In this document: positions 51,201 to 62,396 of the stretch, in pieces
Layout of the letters: every line of letters starts with the position of its first letter
How positions within the stretch are numbered: position 1 is the stretch's first letter
Source of the DNA: an uncultured Acidobacteriota bacterium
GTDB lineage: Bacteria > Acidobacteriota > UBA6911
Length of the DNA: 64,000 nucleotides
Reading direction: 5' to 3'
Assembly: GCA_963827655.1 (NCBI GenBank)
Contig: CAWHCF010000038.1
Coordinates: 128,001-192,000 of the forward strand
Translations under genes and position numbers: made by a program
Notes under the pieces: generated by a model
What the model saw: only the letters and a program-made list of their open reading frames with translations
What the model was told of the DNA's origin: nothing
Databases searched by the model: none

Positions 51201-54200
51201 CTGGGACATCAATTCAGACAGCATGGGTCAGGTAAAGAGAGTTATCGATGGTCGGGGAATTGAGACAACGTTTGACCACGATGGTCAGGGGCGCCTGACG
51301 GAGCAGATCGAAGCCTTCGGAACTAAATGTGGCGGCCAGGACTAAGCGCGAGTACGACAAGCGTCGGGAACCTGATTCGCATGATCCATCCGCGGAACTT
51401 CACGGAAGGAGACGCCGTACGGCCCTTTATCACTCGGTACACACCACACGAATCGCAATCTACAGCGGTCAGTCACGGTCGCAGCCGACACGCCGGACCA
51501 GGCAACCACCACCAAGCACTACACCCTGACCGGAAAGCAAAAGGAGATCGAAGATGCGCGTGGCCATAAGACGAGCTTCCGTTACGAACCGTGCTGTGAC
51601 CGCTTGAAAGAAATGATTGATCCCACAGGCGCCGTAACCCGCTATGGTTACGATCCTTACGGCAATCGAACATCAGTCACCGATCCGAACGGGAACGAGG
51701 TGCGCTTCGAGTATGACGGCCTGCATCGAATGAAAGCACAAACCAACGCCGAGCGGAGAAACGACGCGCTTCGACTACGATGACGATCTGACCGACGGGC
51801 GCGGGCTGGATCAGCGTTTCCGAGAGCACATAAGGGATCTCGGCTTTTCGCGTGGGGCCGATGGCATGGCAATGTTGGTCACAAATCCGCTTAACGAGAC
51901 GACCCTGACTGTGATGGACAGCTTGGGCCGTGTCGTACGGACGGTCGACGGGAACGGCAACGCTACAACGATGAGCTACGATGCGGTGGTGGGTGGACTA
52001 GTTGAGACGACGCGCAGCGATGCTCTCGGACACACTTCGCGGTCCCGCCAGGACGGTCTCGGCAGGGAGAGGCAGCGCCTCGACGCGGAGGGGAAAGTGA
52101 CAACTGCGATGTTCGATGCGGCCGGCAACCGGAGGGCGGTCTTCGATCCGGACCTCGTGGGCGAGAGTTGCATGTTCGACGCTCGCAATCGCCCGACGAC
52201 CTGCATGGACACCAAAGGCGACACTCGGGAGACGAGGTACGACGCTCACTCGAACCAGACCTTCCTCCTCGACGGTCGGGGGGCGATCACGAGGATGGAG
52301 TTCGATGCGCGAGATCGAGTGACGAACCGGTTTGATCGTATTGGTGGTAATACGATCTTTGTCTACGATCAAAACTCGAATCTGGTACGTACTCAAGACG
52401 CCGAGCGCAACACGACCGTTTATGAATACGATGCCCGAAACTTGCGGATAAGAGAGACCTTTCCGTCCTCCGGGGGACGACTGGACACTAGGTCAATGGT
52501 CTTCGACCCTGGACGACGATTGATATTGCGCATCGACCAGGCTGGCGAAACCGACACAGTCGAGTACTTGAGTATGACCGAGCCAATCGGTTGGTGCGAC
52601 GACGCTACCGCGATCGTCAGGACGACATATTCGAATATGATGACGCATCTCGCTTAAAATCGGCGCGTTCGGAGCGCTACGGGACTTTGGTACAGCGGCA
52701 GTACTACCCCAACGGGCTTCTCAAGGAGGAACAGCAGGACGTGCTCGGCGAGCATCACGTGCTGAACTACACGTACGATCGCGCCAACCGACAGACGCAG
52801 GTGACTTACCCGGATGGGAGCGTGGTGGTACGAACGTTTACCGACCGCGATCAGCTGAAGACAGTGTCGCTCAACGGGTCGCTGATTGCATCACGGGATG
52901 AGTATTCCATTGGGATGCGGCTGCGTCTGGCGAGACTGGGCAACGGGCTTGTCGAACGCCGCGATTATTCACCGCGACGGGTCTGCTGTGCCCTACTGGA
53001 GGTTCCGGGCGTAACGACGTTTTCTTATAGCTATGACGCCAACAAGTGGAAGCAGGAGGAACGGGTAACGACAGCTCCCGACGAGAGCCAAAGCTTCCTC
53101 CGTGCTGACGGCACCTCGGGCTATGATGCCGAGGGCCGCCTCGAGTCCTGGGCCCGGGGCAGCGCCCAGACGCAGACGTGGACCCTGAGCCCCGTGGGCG
53201 ACTGGAAGCAGACACAGCGAAACGGCGCTGTTGAGGATTCGCACGCATAATCCCGTTCACGAGCTGACAGGGATCAACGGCAGGTCACTATCGTACGATC
53301 CGAAGGGAAACCTCGTCGGCGACGACCACGGGAACAGCTACGCCTGGGACTTCGAGAACCGACTGCTGCGGGCCCAAGGACTTCAGGGAGAGACACGCTA
53401 TTTCTATGATGCGCTCGGGCGACGACTCGGCAAGACAACGGGCATGACCGTGGTAAGGATGACTACGGTATTCGTGCACGACGGGGAGCAAGTGGTCGCC
53501 GAGTACGAGAACCAGCGTCTCGCTCGCCGCTATGTCTACGGCTCCTATATCGACGAGCCGCTAGCGCTTGCGATGGGTGAGGAGCTGTTTTTCTACACCG
53601 CGAATCACCTGTACTCGGTGGCAGCGCTCACCGACCGGAATGGTCGCGTCATCGAGCGTTACCGATACGACGCCTACGGCGCGCGGACAGTCACGGATCC
53701 GGGAGGGACCTCGCGCGCAGCATCGATCGTTGGCAACCAGATTGGTTTTACCGGACGCTATCACGATGAAGACTCCGGGCTTATCGATTTCCGTAGCCGG
53801 CAATATGACCCCCGCCTCGGACGGTTCATCGGCCGCGATCAGGGCTACACTGACGGCATGTCTCTCTATGCAGCCTACTTCGTGCCGAATCAGACGGACC
53901 CGTTCGGATTAGCCCGAAGCTGCGAAAATACCAAAGATCTTAACACAGTGGACCTTCCTGTGCAGCCCATGCCGAAACCCTTACTCAAAACCACCGAGTT
54001 CGCCACAGGTTGTCTGCTAAAGTGTACGGAGCACTATGAGAAGGGAGTGCGATTACATAGTAACAACTGTGACCACAGCAGACGGCAAGACTGTAACCAC
54101 CACTACCAAAACCTGTACTGAGTGGGAACTCGTCAGCATAACTTGCGGTAATGTGGAGTGTGTGGGTGATTCAGGTCCGGGAGCCGGTGGCCCACCGGGG

Positions 54201-54455
54201 CGAAGCCGTCTCGACTTTCCGGTTTCGGGGCTGACAAGAACCCAGTGCGAATGGATCTGTAGGAGCATCGGATTTACGTTGACTACCAGTTGCAAGCTCG
54301 AGGTGGCATTCTTCGCGTATGGTAGGCTTAAGTTGAGAGGAATGGAACTGGGGGCTATCGGGGTGGGCGTGACGGTCGGAGAACTTTGTACAGTCTTGTT
54401 TGGACCACGAATAAATGACTGCTTGAACGCATGCAGAAGTCTACCGAACAAGTGA
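48238..54455 (+). CDS. Signal-peptide RHS/YD-repeat polymorphic toxin with Cys-rich C-terminal domain (broken into ~9 frames)
   Basis: N-terminal signal peptide, many YD repeats, RHS core YFYDALGRR...GFTGRYHD..SGLIDFRSRQYDPRLGRF...PNQTDPFG. Confidence 0.85.
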
Positions 54456-54935
54456 GGTCGTTGACGACGGGGGAACGTTGTCGAGATCGCTGTCCCTACC
54501 AAATAGTTCATTCTCCCGTGGGGCGGCTTCGCCCAATTAGCGGGCGGAGGGGAAGGTGTGGAATCCGCGTGCCGCAAAATCTGTGCTTCCGTCATCAAGT
54601 GTTGCTATGCCGCCAGATGTAACGGATCGCGCTGTTCTGGACTGATATTCTCAGGATGAATCCCCGCGAGATTCTCGATTTCGCGCCGTGCAAGATGGCA
54701 GAGGTGAGGCGACCCGCTGTTTGCCTTCCAGGATAGGATATCTGCATGCATAGGCGGTGAAGTCTCCTATCCCGCCCACTGTCGATGGTCGGATCGATTT
54801 AATGGTGGGCCCCGACAAAAAGCGTCGGGGCCGGCGTCGCGTTTGATTCGCCGAGAGCCTCCGCTCCGAAAGCTGTTTTTTCCGGGGCAGCAGATTCCCC
54901 GAGCAAGGCTATGAGCACGGGTCGTGCTGATGACG

Positions 54936-55172
54936 CTACCAAGGGCGAGGCTGCGGTGTCTTGAAGCGATTGCAACGCTGCACTGCTCGGGCTATCCAGC
55001 GCCGGATTGCGACGCGCTGGGCCCCGGAGATGGGCTCGTTGTCGTGGTACCAGCGGAAGGTCTTGATTTCCTGGAGTAGGTCTGTTTCGGGAAAGTCCGT
55101 CAGTAACTCGTGGACGAACGGGATATCGATGTGTGCCTCGAAGCGATAGCACGGAGTCAGCTTCCGTCGCAT
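54936..55172 (-). CDS. Small hypothetical protein, co-directional with the AAA genes
   Basis: Protein-like composition; lies directly downstream of the AAA_25 gene. Confidence 0.4.
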   Translation of the reverse strand: MRRKLTPCYRFEAHIDIPFVHELLTDFPETDLLQEIKTFRWYHDNEPISGAQRVAIRRWIARAVQRCNRFKTPQPRPW

Positions 55173-56286
55173 CAGCCCTCGGGCCTGCCCGAACCGGCAG
55201 GCAGGTTTTGCAGCCGGCGCGACCCGGCTGCAAAGTCATTGAGGAGGCGATATTGGCCATTGTCTCGGACAATCCGGCCTTGGTGGCACGCGGAGGCAAT
55301 GGCGAGCTGTGCGGTGCGCTTGGAGCGGCGGAAGCAGGCTGCACACGACGGTCTCTCCAGGGAAGGGTAGGTATTCTGGAGGCAATCCGGGAACTCAGGC
55401 TCGAGCAAGCGGTGGCGCTCATGATGTGGCGTCGGAGTTCGTTGTAACCTGCCGCATGCCCGAGGCCGGCCAGAGCCTGTTCGACGTCAGATTTTTCCAC
55501 CTTGCGACGGGATTTGGCCGAGACAGCCGGGGCGCTACCAGCTGAAGAGAACCACAGGGGGTTGGGATCGAGCGAAAGCAGTTGCGGTTGGCGGGGCGCT
55601 GCATATCGGAACTGGAATCGCAGCTCGACGGTGTTGGGATCAGTGGAAGGACGCACGAGCAGTATGTAGCTGTCACCGACAGCATTGAGGGCGCCGCTAC
55701 CGCGGAAGGCGCTTCCGACCTCGTATCGGCCGACCGACTTGCGGACGTGGTGGATGACGACCAGGGCTGCCTTGGAGCTGTCACGCAGTCGCAATAGGGC
55801 CTGGCACAGCGCGGCCATTGCGCGCGTGTCGTTTTCGTCCTGGTCGTGAGCCGAGTAGAGGGGATCGAGAACGATGACCTCGGCCGAGGCTGTACGAGCT
55901 GCGGCAAGGAAGTGATTGAGGCCCTGCGGACTGTTGAGCAGGTGGCCGGCGGCACGGGTATCGATGAACAGATTCGAGTCCGCTGCCGCTCCTAAGGGTT
56001 TGCGCATTTGGGCCAGGCGCGCGGCAAACTGCTCAGTCGGGAGTTCGAACTGGCAGATGAGCACACGGCGGGGCTTCGGAATCGAGAAACCGATGCGAGA
56101 AGATCCGGCGGCGAGGGCGAGGGCCAAATTAGTAACGAGGATCGATTTGCCCGCTTTAGGTTCGCCGCCGCAAAAGAGAATACCCTGCGCAGGAAGTAAG
56201 CCTGGCTCGACGAAGCAAGGCTGGGGCGTGGGATTGGCCCGTAGAAGCTCGCCGAGCGAAAGGACGGTGGGAAGCTTCGTGCTCAC
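55172..56286 (-). CDS. AAA_25 / RepA-like helicase ATPase (disrupted near 55400)
   Basis: GEPKAGKS, VIVLDPL, VIHHVRK, FRGSGAL; start overlaps the ExeA stop. Confidence 0.8.
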
Positions 56287-57030
56287 AGGAAGGCCTCCTG
56301 GGTGGCATCGAGCATGATCGTTTCGTCGACCATGTTGGTTTTGCGGGAGGCCGCCAGCCGAAGCGCCGTCAGACAGAGCTTGTTGACCTTGCGGAGGATG
56401 CCCTTGGTCGCCTGGTACAGAGCCTGGCGGGCGGTATCGTCAAAGAGCGGCTGTTTGACGCCGGCGGCTTTCAGCTGATGAGCCACATAACCGTCCAGTT
56501 CCTCACGTGAGAGGCCTTCGAGGTGGTAATGGACAGCGACGCGCTGGCGCAAAGGCTCATGGATCTGCAGTGACAGCGTGCGCCGTAACAGCGGTTGGCC
56601 GAGCAGAGCCAGCGACAGGTACTGAGAGGAATCCATCTCGAAGTTCAGCAACAACGGGAGCAGTTCGAGAGCCTCGTGAGACAAGAGCTGGGCTTCGTCA
56701 CAGATGATGATGGGATGTTGTTTTTTGGTTTTATTGAGGCGGATGACGGCGGAGGAGATCTGGTCTACCAGGTCCGCGCGGCGGGGAGCGGGCTCGAGAT
56801 CGAGTTGGCGGGCGAGGGGTCTGAGCAGGTCCAACGCCGATCCCGAAGTCCAGTGCAGATAGACAACCTTGTAGAGGTTGGGGTTTAGAGTGGCTATGAG
56901 CGCACGAGCGGCAGTGGATTTCCCTGAGCCGACTTCGCCGGTGAACAGTCCCACGCCGCGATGGTCGACCAGAAACTGCAACCGTGCTCTTATTTGAGTC
57001 CAGGCGGCGGACTCAAAAAGGATCACCATG
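56283..57030 (-). CDS. ExeA/TniB-like transposon AAA ATPase, 5'-truncated
   Basis: TGEVGSGKS, IICDEAQ, LLGQP, LRQR. Confidence 0.85.
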
Positions 57031-57062
57031 CACACTGATGTACTTACGGCAGGCACCCAAAA

Positions 57063-57400
57063 AAGCAGGTGCAGGTGGGGATGAAAATTTGCTCCGAACG
57101 AACCGAAGCTCTAGATCGAAATGACGCCCCCGGGCGGACGTCCTTGCGGCCGAACAGTGTCTGGAAGCTTCCCTGGAGACGACCGCAGGCAAGAAACTGC
57201 TGGACACTTTCAGGCACAACGCGGCGCAGCGGTCCTGAGCGGGGCTCGAAGCGCTCCTCATAGGCGCGGACGTAACTGTCGAAGTGCTGCTCGAATGTCT
57301 GGTAGAAAATGGAAGCTTCAGGATGGCGAGGGCGATAAACAACCGGGGCATCGCACACCCAAACGCCCGCATCCGGCGTGCAGTAATGGGCGCACTCATC
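57063..57400 (-). pseudogene. IS91-family transposase, N-terminal fragment (internal deletion)
   Basis: VYRPRHPEAS...FLACG, then NFHPHLHLL in a shifted frame. Confidence 0.8.
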
Positions 57401-57619
57401 TCGAAGATAATGGGTGACAGTTGGCAGTAGAGAGCAATAAGCCATGGGCCGCAGTCGACCTCCTGCGGCCGAGGACCCACAAAAATTAGCACATAGTCTT
57501 CCCGAATCCCACCCATAGTTCTTTGCGCTTGGGCGGAAAGGATGACACCGCCGGAGAGGACCTGTGCCCCCTTCATGCTTGGTCTGTTTCCGCGAAGCTG
57601 AGAGCTTACGCTGTACGCC

Positions 57620-57874
57620 GATTGTCTTTCTGAACAAAGGAAACAGCTTGACTCGGTTGTCAAAGAACCTCTGATCGCCAATGGTCGTTCGCAGAAAAAA
57701 ATCATGACATATGCAGAAATGAAAAACTTGGAACGTCAGAACTTGATCGGCGCTTTGCAAGCTACGAATTATAGAATTTACGGCGCCGGCGGGGCGGCCG
57801 AGCTTCTCGGCGTTAAGTCGACGCTCGCCTCGCGCATCAAGACTTTGCAAATTCCGCTTCGGCCGAGCACATAA
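57620..57874 (+). pseudogene. C-terminal Fis-HTH fragment of a sigma54-dependent activator (FhlA-like)
   Basis: LERQNLIGALQATNYRIYGAGGAAELLGVK..TLASRIK read manually. Confidence 0.7.
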
Positions 57875-58230
57875 ACCCGGGCGAACGCTGATCGAAAAAC
57901 CCGCGGCAGAACCCGCCTTGCACGGGAATCGTCTCCGCTGTCGCCGCCGTTCATCAATCGCGCGCGACGGTTGACGCACACTCAGGTGCCAGCCGCGTCG
58001 GCAAGTTTCCGCGTCCTACCGCTGGTGGACCAAGCCGTCGATATAGCTTTCGTCATCTTCTGGGCCCACGAGCTGCGCGACGCGGAGTCAAGAGATCCGC
58101 AGATATCAACCTGACGGTCCTGCGCTCCGGCGCTTTTGGCGGCAACGCTGATATCTCCGCCTCATACCCGGGCTACAGCACGAGTGACACCACGACCGTC
58201 AACGTCTTCAACAGCACCGGCACACTGACA

Positions 58231-58812
58231 GTGCGGGCGCGCGCGGACGCCATGGCCGCGGAGTTCACCCGGCAGATCATCGCGAGCGGACAGCTCTACA
58301 GCACCTTTCTGCGCGACGAGAAGCCGTTGAGGTTCCGCATCGGTCATCTCTCCGGCCCATTCGCGCGCGCCACGTTTGCCGCGCGTGTCGCCGGAGACCA
58401 CGCCGTCGGGCCGGATGGTCAAACGACGTTGGACATCGACAACGGCCCGCCGATGACGCCGCGCTTCGAAGCGCGTTTCCGGCATCCGACGTTCACGCGC
58501 GGCGTCCCAGTCGGATTCGAACCGGGCGTTCCCGTCTCAGGCGGCGCTGGCTTCTGCACCACTGGTCGGACAGGTTTCGTGATTTCGGGCGGCAACGCGA
58601 ACACTGCGCACACGCTCACGCTGGTCCTGTTCGACGATATGTTCTCGCTCCACCCGTTCCCCATTCCCGCGAGCGTTCCCAACGGCACCGTCGTCACTCC
58701 TCAGGTCTTCTTCTCGCCCGACTGCGCAGTGCTCATCATGGTGGGTGCTGACATGCAGACGACTCGCCGCCGCGAACCTGCAGGCTTCGTTGGCAGCGCC
58801 GGTGGCGGATAA
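58231..58812 (+). pseudogene. Fragment of hypothetical beta-rich protein truncated by IS1-like element
   Basis: Coding-like ORF whose stop codon lies in the GGCGGATAACC IS end. Confidence 0.45.
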
Positions 58813-59212
58813 CCAGGAAACGATCAGTTCCAGTTTCGACAGGAGTCAGGAGTAATGAGAAGTCTCAGGTGTCCGAACAGGGAATGCCCAGTTAGCGAGC
58901 GTAGGAAACATCATTCGCCACGGCTTCTACCAGACTAGCTCGGGAAAGCGTCGTCGATATCTGTGCCGGAGTTGCCGAAAGACATTCTGCTCGAACACTG
59001 GTACGCCTTCCCATCGACTCCAACACCGTCGCGCAACGTTCGAGGAAGTTGTCAAACTCAGCGTCGAGGGCCTAAACAAGTCTGCTATCGCCCGAGTAAA
59101 GCGGATAGCCTGGAATACCGTCGATCGCTGGCTGGAAAAGGCTGCCGCTTTTTCTCGTCGGTTCAACCATCGAAAAATAGCTGCCCTCTCCGTCATGGAG
59201 CTTCAGGCTGAC
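58804..59212 (+). mobile_element. IS1-family remnant (5' part)
   Basis: ATG 58855: LRCPNREC...GKRRRYLCRSCRKTF...IAWNTVDRWLEKA...ELQAD, cut at the direct repeat. Confidence 0.8.
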
Positions 59213-59541
59213 AGGTAAATGCCCGGTTTTTGGATAAGCGTCAGGATTGAGCCGGCGCAGCGCTCGGCCCCGACCCGTTCTCGCAAATCCTCGGACTTCC
59301 GGTATCTTGCCAGCAGGACGAGCTGGCAAAGCAGTCCACCCATTCCCAGGGCCAATCCGATAAGGTGCAACATCAGCACAAGTCGAATCAAACCGACACC
59401 GTTGGAATTGACGATTTACGATTTACGATTGACGATTGAACCTACATGGATCCTGGTTAGCTGGCAATCGTCAATCTCGAGATAGCTGATGCCGGAAAAC
59501 TCCGATAATATAGCCTCGCGTTCCGCCCGTCATAGTGGAGT
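59210..59541. repeat. Right copy of ~331-bp direct repeat
   Basis: Contains the duplicated 5' half of the membrane-protein gene, the intergenic region and the first dinB codons. Confidence 0.95.
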
Positions 59542-60728
59542 CTTCCGTGAGCCGGACTATTTTACATGTCGACATGGATGCGTTCTTCGCGGCCGTAGAG
59601 CAGCGAGATCATCCCGAATGGAGGGGGAAAGCGGTGATTGTAGGAGCGGATCCCAAGGGGGGCAAGGGCCGCGGCATCGTTGCCACCTGTTCCTACGAGG
59701 CTCGGAAGTTCGGGGTGCATTCTGCGCAGCCGATCTCGCAGGCCTGGCGTCTCTGCCCGCAAGCGATCTACGCCCGACCCGACATGGCCAGGTATGCCGC
59801 AGCATCAGAGCGCATCATGACGATCTTTCTTGAATTCACGGACCTGGTGGAGCAAGTCAGTGTGGATGAAGCTTTTCTTGACGTGACCGGCAGCCACAGA
59901 CTCTTCGGAACAGGCCGCGAGATTGCAAAGAAAATAAAGCTTCGTATCCACGAGGATCAGCGACTGACCGCGTCGGTGGGGGTCGCCGGTAACAAGTTCG
60001 TGGCGAAGGTCGCCTCGGACCTCGAAAAGCCCAATGGGCTGGTGGAAGTGGAGCCGGGAATGGAGAGGGAATTTCTTCGCGACCTCCCCCTTCGCCGCCT
60101 GTGGGGAGTCGGCGCCAGAACCGAAGCTCTGCTCCTCGAGCAGGGAATTTCGCGCATCGGGCATTTGCTCGAGATCGGCAGCGCCGAACTGGCCCGCCGG
60201 GTCGGCCCTGGCCACGCCGAGCACCTGTGTCGGCTGGCTCGAGGAATTGATGATCGTCACGTTTCTCCCGAGGAAGGATACAAGTCGATCGGCCACGAAA
60301 CTACCTTCGAGGTCGACACCGTCGATCCCGGGTTGCTGCATGATACGGTGCTGGCGCTCTCGGAGAGAGTGGCGCAGCGCTTGCGTTCTAATCTGGTTCT
60401 CGCCCGGACCATCACGTTGAAGTTCCGCGAAGCCGATTTTTCCACTTATACCCGCCGCGTGACTCTAGGCGACGCGGTCGATACTGCCGACCGGATTTTT
60501 CCCGTAGCGCATCGTCTGCTGCAATCGCTTGCTCGCAAGGGAGTGGCTGTGCGGTTAGTCGGCGTGTACGGCAGCAATCTGGTGTCAGAAAAGGAAGGAC
60601 AACTTAGCCTGTTTGCCTCAAAACGAAGCAAGGACCGTGAACTGGCCGCGGCTGTGGATGATATTTCCCGGCGATTCGGAGATGGGGCCATCACGCGCGC
60701 CGCCCTGGTTCCTCGCAAGGAACATTGA
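59535..60728 (+). CDS. dinB: DNA polymerase IV
   Basis: ILHVDMDAFFA, SYEARKFG, SVDEAFLD, AKVASD..KP. Confidence 0.96.
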   Translation: MESSVSRTILHVDMDAFFAAVEQRDHPEWRGKAVIVGADPKGGKGRGIVATCSYEARKFGVHSAQPISQAWRLCPQAIYARPDMARYAAASERIMTIFLEFTDLVEQVSVDEAFLDVTGSHRLFGTGREIAKKIKLRIHEDQRLTASVGVAGNKFVAKVASDLEKPNGLVEVEPGMEREFLRDLPLRRLWGVGARTEALLLEQGISRIGHLLEIGSAELARRVGPGHAEHLCRLARGIDDRHVSPEEGYKSIGHETTFEVDTVDPGLLHDTVLALSERVAQRLRSNLVLARTITLKFREADFSTYTRRVTLGDAVDTADRIFPVAHRLLQSLARKGVAVRLVGVYGSNLVSEKEGQLSLFASKRSKDRELAAAVDDISRRFGDGAITRAALVPRKEH

Positions 60729-60800
60729 TCAGGATTCAGGATTTAGGATCTAGGATCCAGGATGAAGTCACAACCCCACCAGGTTAGATCCTAAATCCTA
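60729..60800. repeat. Heptamer repeat (AGGATCY/AGGATTY)n with inverted arm
   Basis: caggattcaggatttaggatctaggatccaggat ... agatcctaaatccta. Confidence 0.75.
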
Positions 60801-60819
60801 TCGATCCTGTATTGACACG

Positions 60820-62283
60820 ATGCCGGTTCGAATTTGCGTAGCGATTCGAGAGCGTACTACAGAGGCCGCGGTTTCGGCTGCGATGCGTGCCTCCGAATGG
60901 GCCGATCTGGTTGAGATTCGCGCCGACTATATCCGAAATCTTGATATCCGCCGCTTGCTGCGCGAAAAACCTTGTCCGATCATCTTCACTCTTCGAGGAC
61001 GCAGTGAGGGAGGAGTATTTTCCGGCCCGGAGAAGAGCCGTCTGGAGATTCTCCTGAGAGCCGCTGAGGAGGGTGCCGACTACGTAGACGTGGAGTTTTC
61101 GGCGTTCTGGAAGGCAATCACCGATCGTGTTCCCGGCGACCGCGTCATTCTTTCTTATCACGATTTCGTCACCACGCCGCAATCACTGGAGACAACGCTG
61201 GACGCCATGAGCCTGACGGACGCCGGTATCCTTAAAATTGCCACGCGAGCCCGCTCCCTTTCCGATAATCTGCGCATCGCGAAACTACTGGAATACGCCA
61301 AAGGGCGCCGTCGAAACGTCATCGCTCTGGCTATGGGGCGAGAGGGAATTCCCAGCCGGATCCTCGGACCCTACTGGGGTTCGTGGGCGACGTTCTCGAG
61401 CTTGCCGGGCGGCGAACCCACTGCGGACGGGCAGGTTCCGGCCGATGAAATGGTCCACCGGTACCGGGTCAGGCAGATCGGCGCAGAGACGCGTCTCTAC
61501 GGAGTCTTGGGAAGACCGTTGGGCCATTCCCTTTCCCCCCAGATCCACAACGCCGCTTTTGCCGAAAGAGAAATGAACGCCGTCTATTTACCGCTGGAGG
61601 CCAGCGGCCTCGATGATTTTCTTGAGTTTCACGAGCGTCATCCATTCGAGGGCGCCAGCGTCACGATCCCTTTCAAAGAGGAAGCCTACCAGAACGCCCA
61701 CAGTCTTTCCGTTTCCGCAGAAGGGACGGGGGCCGTGAATACTCTGCTCAGGAAAGAGGCAGGGTGGCACGGTGAGAATACCGATATTGATGCGTTTCTT
61801 GGGCCCCTTAGAAGAATCAGGCATCTGGCCAGAATACGCGCGGTGGTGCTAGGCTCAGGCGGAGCTGCAAGGGCGGTCGTGTATGCTTTACGATCGCAGG
61901 CGGCATCGGTGTGCGTCGTGGCACGCAATGCGGGGAAAGCACGCGGGCTGGCTGCGAGGTTTCAAGCGGACTACGGCCGCTGGGAAGAGCTCCACCAGAT
62001 GCGCTGGGACGTTCTGGTCAATGCCACGCCAGTCGGGATGTATCCGCAGGTCGACGAGTCTCCCGTTCCGGCTGAATGGCTCAACGGGGAACTGGTCTAC
62101 GACCTGATTTATAACCCCACCCAGACTCGATTGCTGAAAGATGCTGCCATGCGAGGCTGCAAAACCATTTCGGGCGTCGAGATGTTCCTGGGACAGGCAT
62201 CACGACAGCAGCAGCTGTGGCTCGGTTTTCCCGGGCCGGAGGACGTTATGCGAGCCGCGCTGGAGCAAGCACTCACAAAGTGA
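60820..62283 (+). CDS. aroE: Bifunctional type I 3-dehydroquinate dehydratase / shikimate dehydrogenase (AroD-AroE fusion)
   Basis: EIRAD, ILSYHDF, ALAMG; HSLSP, VTIPFK, AVNT, NTD, GSGGAA. Confidence 0.93.
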   Translation: MPVRICVAIRERTTEAAVSAAMRASEWADLVEIRADYIRNLDIRRLLREKPCPIIFTLRGRSEGGVFSGPEKSRLEILLRAAEEGADYVDVEFSAFWKAITDRVPGDRVILSYHDFVTTPQSLETTLDAMSLTDAGILKIATRARSLSDNLRIAKLLEYAKGRRRNVIALAMGREGIPSRILGPYWGSWATFSSLPGGEPTADGQVPADEMVHRYRVRQIGAETRLYGVLGRPLGHSLSPQIHNAAFAEREMNAVYLPLEASGLDDFLEFHERHPFEGASVTIPFKEEAYQNAHSLSVSAEGTGAVNTLLRKEAGWHGENTDIDAFLGPLRRIRHLARIRAVVLGSGGAARAVVYALRSQAASVCVVARNAGKARGLAARFQADYGRWEELHQMRWDVLVNATPVGMYPQVDESPVPAEWLNGELVYDLIYNPTQTRLLKDAAMRGCKTISGVEMFLGQASRQQQLWLGFPGPEDVMRAALEQALTK

Positions 62284-62302
62284 CGTGCGATTCAGACATT
62301 GT

Positions 62303-62379
62303 CTTGGTGTTTCTTCGTGTCTTCGTGTCTTTGTGGTTAACGCTCCGAAACAAATACCACTAAGACACCAAGAGCACCT
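62303..62379. repeat. Inverted nonamer repeat cassette
   Basis: ttggtgtttcttcgtgtcttcgtgtctttgtggtt ... accactaagacaccaagagcacc. Confidence 0.85.
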
Positions 62380-62396
62380 GAAAGGATCTGGCCGCT

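Noticed and set aside
59203-59391. Separate small membrane protein gene
   Set aside because: Truncated duplicate of the 5' half of 45116-45571, created by the direct repeat.
7700-62379. CRISPR array from the recurring ~35-bp repeats
   Set aside because: Copies are dispersed, degenerate and inverted, not regularly spaced with unique spacers; no cas genes.
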